Positions 24,170 to 36,775 of a DNA stretch of 64,000 nucleotides are shown here, piece by piece (the stretch's first letter is position 1; every line of letters starts with the position of its first letter). A program made the translations under genes and the position numbers. The stretch is from Octopus sinensis (Eukaryota): assembly GCF_006345805.1 (NCBI RefSeq), contig NC_043014.1, positions 27,838,001 through 27,902,000 of the forward strand, given 5' to 3'. The notes beneath the pieces are model-generated. The model worked only from the letters and a program-made list of their open reading frames with translations, was not told where the DNA came from and did no database searches.

Positions 24170-27032
24170 AACCCTGAAGAAGTTAAGGACAGGTTCTATG
24201 AGGAACTCGACTCCCTCATCACGTCAGCCCAGCCTGGGAAGCTCATCCTCCTTGGGGACTTTAACGCCCGTGTCGGGACTGACCACCAAGCTTGGCATCG
24301 CGTACTGGGAAAGCAAGGAATCGGAAAGTGCAACTACAACGGGCAGCTCCTCCTGCGGGCGTGCGCCTCTCATGATCTTACCATCGCCAACACCTTGTTC
24401 CGTCTGCCAACACGCAACAAGACATCATGGATGCATCCACGCTCCAAACACTGGCATCAGATAGATTACGTTATCGTCAGGGCGAAAGACAGGGACGTGA
24501 GACTGGTCAAAGCCATGTGTGGAGCTGATTGCTGGACGGACCATCGCCTCATTATCTCCAGGATGGATTTCTACATCCAACCTAAGAGAAGACCACAGGG
24601 TCAGAAAGTGACGAGGAGGCTTAACATCACGAAATTAAAGAACTAGCTGACTGCACAAGATCTCCAGTCACGTATGGACAGCAAGCTGTTGGATATTCGG
24701 AATGACCAGTCCAGCATCGATGAGCAGTGGGAATCATTCAGGGACACGGTTCATTCCATCGCCCTTGAAACTCTAGGCTAAGTTACGAGGAACCACCAGG
24801 ACTGGTTCGAGAAAACGACCAGAAAATCCAAAAGCTCCTGGAAGAGAAACGCCGTCTGCTGCGGGCCCACCAAAATGACACCACCTGCATGGCAAAGAAG
24901 GCTGCTTTCAACAACATTCGCAGCACAGTCCAGGCAAAACTCCGCCTCACGCAAGACGCATGGTTAAGTGCCAAGGCGGATGAGATTCAGGGATACGCAG
25001 ACAAACACGATACCAAGAAATTCTACGAGGCGCTGAAAGCTGTCTATGGACCGCAGTCCTCTTTTGGATCAACCCCCCTACTCAGCTCGGATGGAACCTC
25101 ACTCCTGACTAACAAGAGGCTGATTCTGGAGAGATGGGCGGAGCATTTCAACATCGTGCTCAACCGACCAGCCCAGATTAACGAGGAAGCCATCGCACGA
25201 CTCCCCCAGGTGCCGACAAACCACGAGCTGGCTGTTCCCCCTGCCGTCGAGGAAGTGAGCAGTGCCATCAAAAAAATGTCCACCGGCAAAGCTCCAGGCT
25301 CTGACGCCATCCCTGCAGAGGTGTTCAAGTCGAGCGGCCCCCACCATGATCAGTCAGCTCACCAGCCTGTTCCAGTCGATGTGGGACAGGGAACAACTCC
25401 CTCGATTTCCGGGACGCAACAATCGTCCACATTTATAAGCGGAAAGGAGATCGGCAGTCCTGCGACAACCACCGAGGAATCTCCCTCTTGTCCATAGCAG
25501 GCAAGATCCTGGCCTGAGTCCTGCTTGACCGCCTTCTGGAACACTTGGAGCAAGGCCTTCTCCCTGAGAGCCAGTGTGGCTTCCGCGCGGGTCGAGGGAC
25601 CACTAACATGATATTCGCCGCCCGCCAGCTCCAGGAGAAATGCATGGAGTAGCATCTTGACCTCTGCATGACCTTTGTTGACCTCACCAGGGCTTTCGAT
25701 ACAGTCAGTCGGGAGGGACTCTGGAAGGTCATGGGAAAATTTGGTTGCCCCAGCAAATTTATTGCAATTGTCCGCCAGTTCCACGACGGAATGACAGCCA
25801 GAGTCCTTGAAGACGGCAACTAATCTGAAGTCTTCCAGGTGACCAACGGAGTCAGGCAGGGCTGTGTCCTAGCCCCAACACTGTTCAGCATCATGTTCTC
25901 GGCAATGCTGTCCGACGCCTTCAGGGACTGCAAGTCCGGTATCGACATCAAGTACAGGACGGACGGGGATTTTTTCAACTCCAGAAGATTGCAGGCCGTC
26001 ACAAAGGTGAGGGAGACAGTCGTCAGAGACTTTCTCTTTGCTGACGACTGCGCCCTTAACGCAATCGATGAGCAGGAGATGCAGCTCGGGATGGACAGGT
26101 TCTCATCAGCCTGTGACAACTTCGGTCTCACCATCAGTGCCAAGAAAACCGAAGTGATGTTTCAGCCAGCCCCCGGCAAGCAATACCATGAGCCTCAGCT
26201 AAAGGTGAACGGACGGATCCTACGAGCGGTGGAAAACTTCACCTACCTGGGCAGCACTCTCTCCTGCAATGCCAACATAGATGCTGAAATCATCAACAGA
26301 ATCTCCAAGGCAAGCAGCGCGTTTGGGAGACTGCGAAAGAAAGTCTGGGAGCGGAGAGGAATCAGCCTCAACACCAAGCTGAAAGTCTACCGGGCAGTCG
26401 TGCTTACCACCCTACTATACGGCTGCGAGACGTGGACTGCTTACCGAAGGCACGAGCGCCAGATAAACCACTTCCACCTCAGGTGTCTTCGGAACCTCCT
26501 TCACATCCGCTGGCAGGACAAAGTACCAGACACGGAAGTTCTGAAGCAGGCAGATCTCCCTAGCACCATCACGATCATGCGCAAGGCCCAGCTGAGATGG
26601 GCAGGCCACGTCTCCCGCATGTCCGACACTCGCATCCCAAAACAGCTCTTCTACGGTGAACTCAGCCAGGGAAAACGCAAAGTTGGAGGGCAGAAGAAGC
26701 GCTTCAAAGACAGTCTCAAAGTCTCTCTCAAAGACTTCTCCATCGGCACAGAGACTTGGGAGACACTTGCTGCCGACCGCTCATCCTGGCGCAGCGCAAT
26801 CACCACAGGAGCAAAGACAGCCGAGGAGAGACGGATTCAGTCAGCAGAACAGAAACACCAGATGCGGAAAGCCAGAGCCACCTGCACCAATAGCACAGCC
26901 CCTACCCACTTCTGCCCCACCTGTGGGTGGGGCTTTCTTGCCCGGATTGGCCTAACCAGCCACCTCCGGTCTCATAGCAGCAATTCCACCAAATGATGTC
27001 AATGGTCATCTTCGAACCCGAAGGACGAACAT
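24170..27032 (+). mobile_element. Forward 3' segment of the same RTE LINE (APE C-terminus, RT, C2H2 end, 3' tail); inactivated by stops and frameshifts
   Basis: LGDFNARVG, SWMHPRSKHWHQIDY, NGVRQGCVLAPTLF, FLFADD, LRWAGHV, CPTC...SHLRSH. The tail cttcgaacccgaag hairpin is followed by (TA)n. Confidence 0.92.
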
Positions 27033-27234
27033 TATATATATATATATATAAGATAAAGATATAATCATAAAAAATGATTATATCAGTGGCCTAGCATATA
27101 AAAATGACCGCATAGGTAACATTAATTTTTTTACGTATATAATTATAGTTAAGGGCTACTGGAAATGACCATCGCCAATGCTAGAAGTAGATATCAAATA
27201 CCGTCAATCCACTCTAAAATTTAAGAGTGTCCTC

Positions 27235-27422
27235 CCCGCCACCACCATCGCTTGACAACTAATGTTGTTGTGTTTACATCCCCGTTATTTAGCGGTTCAG
27301 AAAAAAATATCGATAGAATAAGTCCCAGGCTTACAAAGAATAAGTTTAGGGGTCGATTCTTTGACTAAAAGGCGGTGCTCCAGCATGGTCGTAGTCAAAA
27401 ATGACTGAAACAAGTAAAAGAA
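27235..27422 (+). mobile_element. SINE (family also at ~12580-12730, ~19950-20110 and minus ~47440-47600)
   Basis: Shared cgcttgacaac...gatagaataagt...ggggtcgat..tttgactaaa..gcggtgctccagcatgg...atgactgaaacaagtaaaag. Confidence 0.7.
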
Positions 27423-28729
27423 TTTTGGAGAGAAAGTAGCAATAAAATACTTACGGACCTTTATAGAAATTTTTTAAATTCGGGAGAGGGGGGTAGTTTT
27501 CGTTAATTTGTTGCCTTTTCTCTTTAGTATTATTTAAATATTTTTCACCGTTTCAAGTTTTCATTTCTTATTGTCCAACCAAGTGTCTTTTCTCCTTTCT
27601 CCTTCACACTTACCCGTTTATCAAATAACATTTCAGTGCAGATGGAAGAAGTTGCTGGTACTGGGAAGAGATACTGTAATTACCGTTGTTTATCAGTTTA
27701 ATCGGGTATCACCAAGCTAGGGATAAACCGTGATGGACGCATTACGCTATTTCACTCTATATGTCAAGCTGAATGATATCTAAATTGGTCGAGACAAATT
27801 CAAGGATTGCTGGTAGTCATACAGCCGTTGGGCTGTTATAGGAGTGAACTTGTTATTGTATACTTCACAGATCAGTCCTGACAACCATCCTGTATATCTA
27901 AGATTAAATTGTCTAATGTGTACTTCCCTTTTGGGGGAAATTCGGCAACTATCTCTAGCAGGTTGTGCGACCGCAGAAAGGCGTTCTCGTTGACTCAATA
28001 GGAATGAAATCTTTGACCTAGATGACCAGTATGATACTCGGTTTATTCCAGATGATACTAATGCTCGTCTCTAAGTTAGGGGAAGAGTAGGCGGGCTAGC
28101 TGGCCATATGTTCTTAACAATGATTATTGAAATACTTAATGAGCAGTTTCGATGAGGCTTACACGTCACATCTGGCCTGAGCTTATTACAAATTGAAATG
28201 GGCCCTACATTTCACATCTGGCCTCAGTCTATTACTAGCTTTGCACAGACCTGTCTGTGTCACTGGTTTAACGGGATAAAAGGGTGCGTTGATGGATAAA
28301 GCTGGTCTGAGTTTCAATATACGTGTTTGTGTGTGTGTGTGTGTAGATAAAGGAAGAAACAAAACTAAGATGGTAAAATGCGACGATTTATTCAACCCGT
28401 TAAAGAACTTTAATACAGCAAAGCTGTTGAGATACATCTTGAAAGAACGGTCACACAAAGGTTTCACATGCAATTGTATGCTGGATAGAACAGGAAAAAC
28501 AAATACGAGACATAACTTCTACTGGAAGACAGGAACAAACGTATGCCTCAAAAGATGCCTGTGAAAATAAACTTGCTCTCTGCCGAAGATCCTGTAGTGG
28601 ATCTTGCATGCATGAAGTGGATTCGATCAACCATAGTCAAATTTTTAAAAACACTGCAATGGAACTTTTCCCACGGTGGAACAATGGTTTTTCTCTGACA
28701 GCAGTTTTACATTAGCTAGGTCAAAATAA

Positions 28730-29350
28730 TGTCTTCCCCACTTGACCCTTTCTAACCTCTTCTACTCCCCAAAAGCTAGAATAGAGATAACAAGACCACC
28801 AACTAAATATATTGTTCTCAATGATATATCTATCCTTCTGGATAGTTATAAAAGCAAGAGCACCCCAAGCAAAAATCAGTCGATGACGACTCATCTAGTT
28901 AGTCACGTCGGTGACAACGAAGTCTGGCTGACCAGCTAAAACCTTGATCTGAGGGAAAAACGAAGTTTACTGTCAGTAACGCTCTCTAGCTCTACTTCTG
29001 TTCTCTTACAGCATCATTCTGTCTTTCTCTGTAATTACTACTAAACAATGAAGAGAACACAAAACACAAACTTCGCATGCTTTTGGATTTATCAACCTGC
29101 CCGTCGAGGCAAGGTATTGTAACGTAAAAGTAAATAAATATTTCCTTAAAACTTCATGCATTGTCCACCTTTCACATCCTACAGTATGCAATTATAAAAA
29201 CAAATTTTTATCGTTACAACTGTTGACTCCGACATTTCATATTATTGTGTACCTCAACAATCTTAACCTTTACAATTGGTAACTACACTAATAAAAACTT
29301 GACCGTAACAATTGGTGACCCTCGACTTCAACTAAAAACTATCGTTACAA
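28730..29350 (+). mobile_element. Probable LTR ending GTTACA, followed by degenerate tRNA-Trp PBS repeats
   Basis: aataaa at ~29133; ...tcgttaca-ac-TGTTGACTCCGAC (29221), TGGTAAC (29277) and TGGTGACCCTCGAC (29313). Confidence 0.35.
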
Positions 29351-30387
29351 TCCAAACTCGATTGTGCACACCCACCTCACTAAAGAAATAGAGGGAAAAG
29401 TTTCTTTATTTTTGCTCCCTGTGGACAGACATAAATTTCCTGCGTTCGGTTGGTCTGTCACGCGAAGCTAGAGGGACTCGACTATCACGTGACCAGATCG
29501 TGTAACCACTTGTAGAAAACACAACGTACGAGCCGATATACGCCTATCTAAGCTTAAACAATCAAACTGTAAGCATATGCTTGCTACACTGGTATTGTTG
29601 GCAGTGTATAACTTTGTTCCTTTTTTACGAAGATCTTCAACCATTTGAAGTCTGAAATCTAAGTAAAAGTTGTGGCATAGTCGAGAAGAAAGCTTATCTT
29701 ATGTATATGAATATAATTTATAGCTACATTAACACAGAAAATGCAATGAAAGAAAAGGAATATTCAGATGAATTGACGCACATTACAAGTTCAAGAAATC
29801 TTCGTTGGAAAGTCAACGTTCGGGATAGTTTTTTACCCATCAATACGTACAGTCTTGTTACCCTGTTATCATGGTGTGTTTCTGTATCTATCGCGCCAGG
29901 TTGAATACGTAGCCGTAAAAACAGCTATGAAGCGAGAAGGGGATAAAACAGAGTTGTAATTAGTAATTAGGTTGTTTATTCTTTAATTAGAATTAATTGC
30001 CGAGTTGTGGTTTCGTACCTATGCAGATATCTTGCAGCGTGTTATGTAAATATATATAAAGGGCTGGTGTTTCTTTGTGTTAAATGAACAAGATAAATTT
30101 CCCAGTAGATAAGATGTCAAATCTGTCACAGATAACATTTTAAGATATATATTCTCAACAGTTAGGTTAATTGAAGTATGTAGAAGTATATTGATTAAGT
30201 GCATAAGAACATGCCTGCTCGAAATCTGATATCAACATAAGAGCTGATAAGTAAATGTTGCAATTTAAGAGTCGGGGCTGGTGGTGGTTTACATCAGCAA
30301 AAATTGCTTCAATGGAGTCTAAAAGTTTTAATGACCCATAAAGAGAAAAGAATTCTTAATGTTTCGACCGTGACATTTTATATGCTA

Positions 30388-31186
30388 CTAGCAGCATAGC
30401 CCGGCGTTGCCCGGGTATGTAAGAGCCCCTAGTAGGCAACGACTAATCCCAATCTAGTCCTTTCCCTCTAGGGAACGAAGGCGCATGTGTAGGTTGCAAT
30501 GCCTTCTCTTCACTCCCATATAACTATCAAACAGCTATCGATAATTCAACCCAACCAATTCCTACCAGGAAGAAATTACATTCGAGACTTTACCCCCAAC
30601 ACCGCCACTTCTGCTAATAGCTGCTGCAGCCGCAAGTTATTCGAATACTTTTTTTGTTTACACTTTCTTTATAACTACCACCCCAAACGTTTTACCTCAA
30701 ATTTTTGATGTACCCTAAGGGTCCTCGGACGCTACTTGCAAACTCTTGGTTTATTATAAACCGCTTTTGTCGTGTGCATCAAAAAACCTTTTCCATTCGT
30801 TTGTTCAGTTTGGTCACTTTTGACTTTTTCGTTGTTGTCACTCACATTGCTGCCCGCTTTTTTGCCGTTTTTGTACATCTTTATACATTTTGGGATACTT
30901 ACCCCACGTGTTCCGAGAGTTAAAAAAGTCGAGTTGCGTCCCCTAGACAGTCTGTAGAAAATGTGTTGCATATAAAAAGTTTAGATTCTCGACCCATGTC
31001 GAATTTATCGATTTGTTTTCAGAACTGGGGGAACTTTTCAAAATTTTCGCTGCGTTAGTTTTGAATTATGACATTGGGCTACGTGTGTGTCAAGTTTCAC
31101 CAGAATCGGTTGAAAGCCGTGGTCAGGGTGAGGGTACAACCTGACAGGCACACAGACAGTCAAACTACCGTTTATATATAGAGAGA
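30388..31186 (-). mobile_element. Non-autonomous Helitron B
   Basis: Minus strand A|TCTCTCTATATATAAA...cccgggcaacgccgggctatgctgCTAG|T: canonical A-T insertion, TC start, hairpin plus CTAG end. Confidence 0.85.
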
Positions 31187-32611
31187 TATTTTTAAATGAT
31201 TTTTTGTGCGTTGCGTCCCTGCAAGGTACCTAGCCATAGGTGAGAGGTAATGTGTATCAATTAATTTTTTTTTTAACTGAGCTAACACTGGTATCTTACC
31301 CTAAGGAAGATTTATTTCTCGCTTCCATAAACCTGCAGAAACTGAAAGTAAACACGAAATCTGGTGAGGTGTGTGACTTGTGAAAGAAATAGTTAAATAG
31401 CTATTTAAGAAATAGTTAAATTGGTCTTGTGACTCATAAAAAGTGGGAGGGGAAAAGCCTTTTGTTGTAATGGTTGATTTGTTCCATTTGGTGTCCTTGT
31501 GATAAATGTATTTTTAACCAATTCATGATTATGGTGATGACAACGACGTGTGTGAGTGAAGAAGAAGAGATATAACGACGGTTTCTAATTTTTGTATAGG
31601 GCCAGCAGTTTGGAGGAGAAGATATTAGTCGATACTAGCGACCCCGGTACTTGACTGGCATTGTATTTTACCAGCCCCAAAAGAATGAGATGCAATGTCA
31701 ACCTCGGTGGGATTTGAACTCAGAACATTAAAAAAAAACTAGAACTAATACTGTAGAATATTTTCTCCGATGCTCTAACGATTCTGTTAGTTCATAGTCT
31801 TTCAATAATGAAGACACCAAACTTTCGCGCATAATATAAAACCATACCCTCTATACTAATACACACTCAACTCATGCAGATGCACGCACGCAAACGATAC
31901 CTTATCAAATTTCTAAATCAATTTACACTCCTTGATTCACAAGTCTATTTTATATTTAAAGCATTAAACATATAGATATATAAATGCAAGAGCATGCAAC
32001 GAAATACACATCTAAAGATGAATAATAAATCTGAAGAGATACAGGCAGAGATAACAGTAGATACAATTTGCAAAACAGCAGTAGCAGCAAAGTAACAGCA
32101 AGCGCAACGACAGCAGCACAGAAAGAAAATTTGAGGATAATAACTGTGTTAAAAATAGGCATATAGCCTTAGGCAAGTATAGCTAAGTGTCTCGCCAAGG
32201 GACAGGGGACAAGAAACAACGATTTCTTAATTAGGAACGAACCCTTTTGCAAGCAGAGAGAGAGAGAGGGGGGTGGGGGAGGGAGAAAGAGAGTTGCGTT
32301 TTGCCGACGGACATAAGTTTGCTTGCCAGCAGGATGCAATCTCTCGAGACAAATGAGACAGGAGTGGTGCTACGTCTTCCACTTAAAGTCATTCTGGAGC
32401 CTTCTCACAATTAAAAATAGCAGCAGCAGCAACGACAACAGTAACAATAGCAATAATAAAAACTATAACAGATGGAGCAATAAGCAACAGCATTAACACC
32501 AAACTTCAAGAAGAAGAAAAAATCTAAGAAATGAAGTAACATTAAGACACTAGACAGAAACATGATCACACATGGAGACAGACAGACAGACACATACACA
32601 CACACACACAT

Positions 32612-32666
<55 letters not shown>

Positions 32667-33789
32667 TACATGCATATATAGGATTCAGTGAACTTGTAGT
32701 TGAATGTGCCTGAGTATCACCTTTTAGCGAGGGATGTCGCTAATAAAAACGTCAACACTTTAATAATTGGACTAAATCATTAATCCAGCTGTGAAATGTC
32801 TCTGGTGCAGTGACAACAACACCGTGTGTGAGCAACTTCGTGTCCAGGGTTTTATTCAGATGCGTAACAAACGAACTCATACATGAAGTTATCTGGTATG
32901 AAGAAAAAGGTTCTGAACATCTTGCCATGTTCCACAATGACAATGATAAAATAGAAGGAATTCAGACTGCAAAATTTAGTTTCAGACAGGCACTAGGCGT
33001 AGAATACCATGGCGAGTTGCTGATAGGAAAGGATATCGAAATCTGTGTGCTTGCTTTCTCTCCGAAGTTGACCTTGTCGTGTCGTAGAGAAAAAGAGGGA
33101 AAGTTCAATTGGAATACGCTCTTAAGTAGGCAATCTGCTTCTAACGCCCTCCTGTGAATCGTTTTGTAGTTACGCCTTGTATACTAGCAAAGCGGAAGCT
33201 AACCAAGTTCGCTTGGGGTGTTCTGGAACATGCGACAGGGAAAATAACTGTCGTTGACTCCCAAAGGATATTTTGCGGGTTACGAACCTGCATCAATTAA
33301 CGTTGCCTACATTACCCTCCCCCAGACCGAAAGGAATGAAAAGGTTGAACGGGCAAGGAGTTAAACTGTAGGTAATGAAACAAGTGATTGCCCGTGTTAC
33401 ACAAGGAGGAGCAGAGACACAAAGAGCGGGTAAAAGGGATAAATCATGGAAGATGGCAAAATGTAAACAATGCATGCAAACACAAGATATGCGAATAAAA
33501 GAATAGGAACATGTAAAAACAAATGCATATAACATACGAAATACATGTTGTAAAATGTGCAAAAAGAAATTGCAGCAAAACAGTTTGTTAAATTGTACAG
33601 TTTGTTCAAAACAGGTGGTGTATCAACAGGCACAGTTTATGCTAATACGAAAAGAGGATTAAATATAGATAGCTTTGGACAGTTTATGGGGCCAAGTTAC
33701 TGTTCCACCATTTCGTATGATATAAGGTGAAGTGGAATGTAATGTTTGCGAATGTTGTTTGGAAGCATGTAAAGTTGTTTGAGGTTTAA

Positions 33790-35625
33790 GTTGCTGTTGG
33801 AGTGAGTGTGTCGGGTAGTGAAAGAAGACTTTCAGAGAAAGCCTTCATTACTCTGTCAATAGATACAGTCTCTTTCCGACCGTAAATGCACACGGTCAAA
33901 AGTTTTGCTGTATGTGAAAACACACAGAAAAGGCCTGAGTAGGGCGTTGTGTAGGCGCAGTTACCCTCTTTGACAGCGGGTTTAAACGCTGGCACCAGAT
34001 GGGGCTAGAGCGTGAGATTCTGACACGAGGCTTTAGGACTTTCTCTTTTCTTGCCAAGACGTCGGACAGTAAAGACGTAATCTACTCTCTCTCTCACTCC
34101 ACACGCCAGCTAGCAGATAGGTGCTAACGCATAGGAGAATATCATGGCCTCCACGCATCAAACGATTTTCATTTATAATTCAGCTTGTGTATGTACGTGT
34201 GGCCACATTAAAAGTATATAAAGGTACCATCTTGTTTCATGTATTTCCTTATATTGTGTTCCTGTCAAATGAGATTACAGCCTTCTGAGTAGAGTCACAT
34301 TAGGTGGCTTCACAACCTTATCCGTCTAAAATGGTGACCCCCGACGTAATATGGACACCTCACCATCTAAAATGGTGACCCGACGTTCCAGACCACTATC
34401 ACTATCTAAAATGGTGACCCAGCGTTCTAGATCACTATCACCATCTAAAATGGTGACCCGACGTGAATACATCACTACCACCATCTAGAATGGTGACTCC
34501 CGACGTTCTAGGCCACTATCACCATCTAAAATGCTGACCCGACGTTCCAGACCACTAAACTAACTAAAACGATGACTCGACGCAGCACACACCATAATTC
34601 CTTCTAAAATGGTGAACCCCGGACGAATTCTGACAGTGAATACGTATTCCTCCTTCTCCTTCGCGACTTCGTTTACGCAACCAGACCGCCACTCATCGCA
34701 TATAGGAACATACCACTGATGTCCCTCGTCGCCATATTGTCTTCTTCACCAGAACATTTTGGCGCCATTTTCAAGCTGGAAAGTGCAAATCATTTTTCGT
34801 CGGGTTGTAACGGAATTTACAACTTGTTCCTTTGGTGACACAGCGTCCTGTAAAAAAATATCCGGAATTTTCTCCAGAATTCACAAAGACAACAAAATTT
34901 TCCTACGTGCCTGGTATGAGTTTCTTTCTCTCAACCAGCCGGATTATCCACGTGTTGGCTATGTTCAATTCTTTATCCGTTAACAAGGACTTCTATTTTC
35001 ATCCTCTGCTACTGAAAAAAAATGTCCTAGTTCGCTGCTCATCGGGTTTTCTTTCAACTAGGGTATTTGGCTGCTATTTCTAATGGCGTGTCTTCCAACT
35101 AGCTTGTTCTTCGTGACGTTCCGTTTTTCTATTATCGTCCAAAATGAATCCATTTCCTTTGCCTCAATGCTCTTCTTCGTCCTCCTCTCGAGCTGGTATT
35201 TCTTCTGCTCCAGACGACACGCAATCCTCCGCAATCTTGCGGGCCATTGTAGAGGTGACCCGTCAAATCGCACACATGTACAGAGACCGTTCATTTTCAC
35301 GAAATCATTCTGAAGGGAGAACCAGACGTCGCTCCTTTAGGCACGGACACGCGCCTCTTGCTTCAATTTGCTGGTACCACAGGAAGACACGTCATCATCA
35401 TCATCCACTGTTTAGTTTTAGAGCAATCTGTCAACAGCCGAAGCCAGCCATTAGCCTTCTTCTCTCGCCAGCTGAAAAATGCTAAATTGAGATACAGTGT
35501 GTTTGGTAAAGAACTTTTAGCAATTTATCTGGCGGTGAAGCATTTCTTTTATCTTCTCGAAGGTAGAGATTTTACGATTTTCACCGACCACAAACCGCTA
35601 ACGTTCGCTCTCTTTGCCGACTAGT
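33790..35625 (+). mobile_element. Internally deleted Gypsy LTR retrotransposon, CsRn1/Kabuki-like clade
   Basis: Putative LTR (boundaries approximate), tRNA-Trp PBS, gag start of CHCC motif ICWYHRK (~35366), then a direct jump to RNase H VLEQ..QPLAFFSRQL..RYSVFGKELLAIYLAVKHF..LEGRDFTIFTDHKPL. Confidence 0.75.
34321..34630 (+). repeat. Tandem array of 8 units (38-41 bp), each carrying a tRNA-Trp PBS-like motif
   Basis: TGGTGACCC(C)GACGT-like motifs start at 34332, 34373, 34412, 34451, 34491, 34532, 34570 and 34610. Confidence 0.9.
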
Positions 35626-36479
35626 GCCCACATTTGACCAGGAAGCGTTAAAGTGGTACCGTACAAGAGTTCGGTCGAGGAGTAGCCCAAATCCGCCTTA
35701 ACCAGCGGACCGGTAACCTAGGAGAACGACAGGAAGAAATTCGGTCCATCGTTGTGGATCTGGAGTTGCGCGAAGCACAGGTTTTAACTGCCTATGCAAT
35801 CTCTCCACCATTCCATTTGTATGGATGTATTGTACACCATGTAGCGTTGCCTACAAACTTATAGCTTCATAGGACCCACAAACATAAAGTGGCACTTCAT
35901 GTTCAAGGCTCCGATGAAGCTATAAGCAGTTACTCAAACACTCAACTATGAGCCCACTGCATCTTATAGTGAAAAGAGCTGAAAGTTGTTCATATGATAA
36001 TCGTTTATTCCTTTGTCATCTCTGTTTCTTATTACCTCTCTGTACTAGTCGAATGCTTCGTTCTGAAGCATACGCATATTGGGTCCTATACCAAGTTATT
36101 AGTATCGCAATGCCTAAGCGAAATATATAGATATATTCAAGTAAAGAGATTTTTGACGATGTTGCCCTGCACTACAATGTAGCCACGGCTGCCATCAGTT
36201 TTAAAAACAGAAATATTTATAGTGCAAAATCTTATCCATCCAAGAAAAACGCCACCGGAAAGTGTTGTGGTTCACATCCACTTTTTAAGCGTAAAACTTT
36301 TTGCTGTAGGATTTTTCTTTGCTTAGTAGTTAAACATTTCGTTGTTACGAATAGTTTCAGTAAAAGTTTTAATAGGCACATTTTAAGAATTTCCTTTAGC
36401 TGTGCACTTAGTATAAAAAACATATTAGTAGATTAGCCCAGACTTGAGAACAAGGTAGGCTGCTCAAGCACAGGTAACA

Positions 36480-36775
36480 CCATATGTCTCCTTAATGGCC
36501 ATCGTAACACTGAATAGTTGTATATGAGACAGAGATAACATCAAAAGGCTCAAATAGGAAACCAGATATGCGGAAGTATGTGAGAGCGGTAGAAGGTCCG
36601 TTTAAGACTATATTCAATGACTATAAATCCGTTTTAAAAATCCCGGCGAGACGAAATGTCACAGCCCTCACCAGGCACTTATGGGCGTTAAGGCAAAGTG
36701 CTATGGAGTACAGCATAAAGTGGAAAATCTTAGAGAAGTGCTGGGCTTATTTTAATAGCAGTAAAAAATGCAGTG
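36480..36775 (+). mobile_element. Penelope-like GIY-YIG relic (CPLNG..VVY..YVG type)
   Basis: CLLNGH.NT..VVY...KYV.AVEGPFKT.FN.YKS...RNVTALTRHLWAL...YSIKWKILEKC.AY.NSSKKC, with frameshifts. Confidence 0.65.

Noticed and set aside
29400-29580. CpG-rich patch with TCACGTGA and a possible donor at 29569
   Set aside because: No downstream exon could be linked, and it may be part of the adjacent LTR leader.
32750-33160. 115-aa plus-strand and 63-aa minus-strand ORFs
   Set aside because: No motif I can name. It may be a decayed retroelement and is left unassigned.
34321-34630. CRISPR-like look (palindromic repeat plus short variable part)
   Set aside because: The variable parts are only ~13 nt and related to each other, there are no cas genes, the context is eukaryotic, and the repeat is explained as a PBS.
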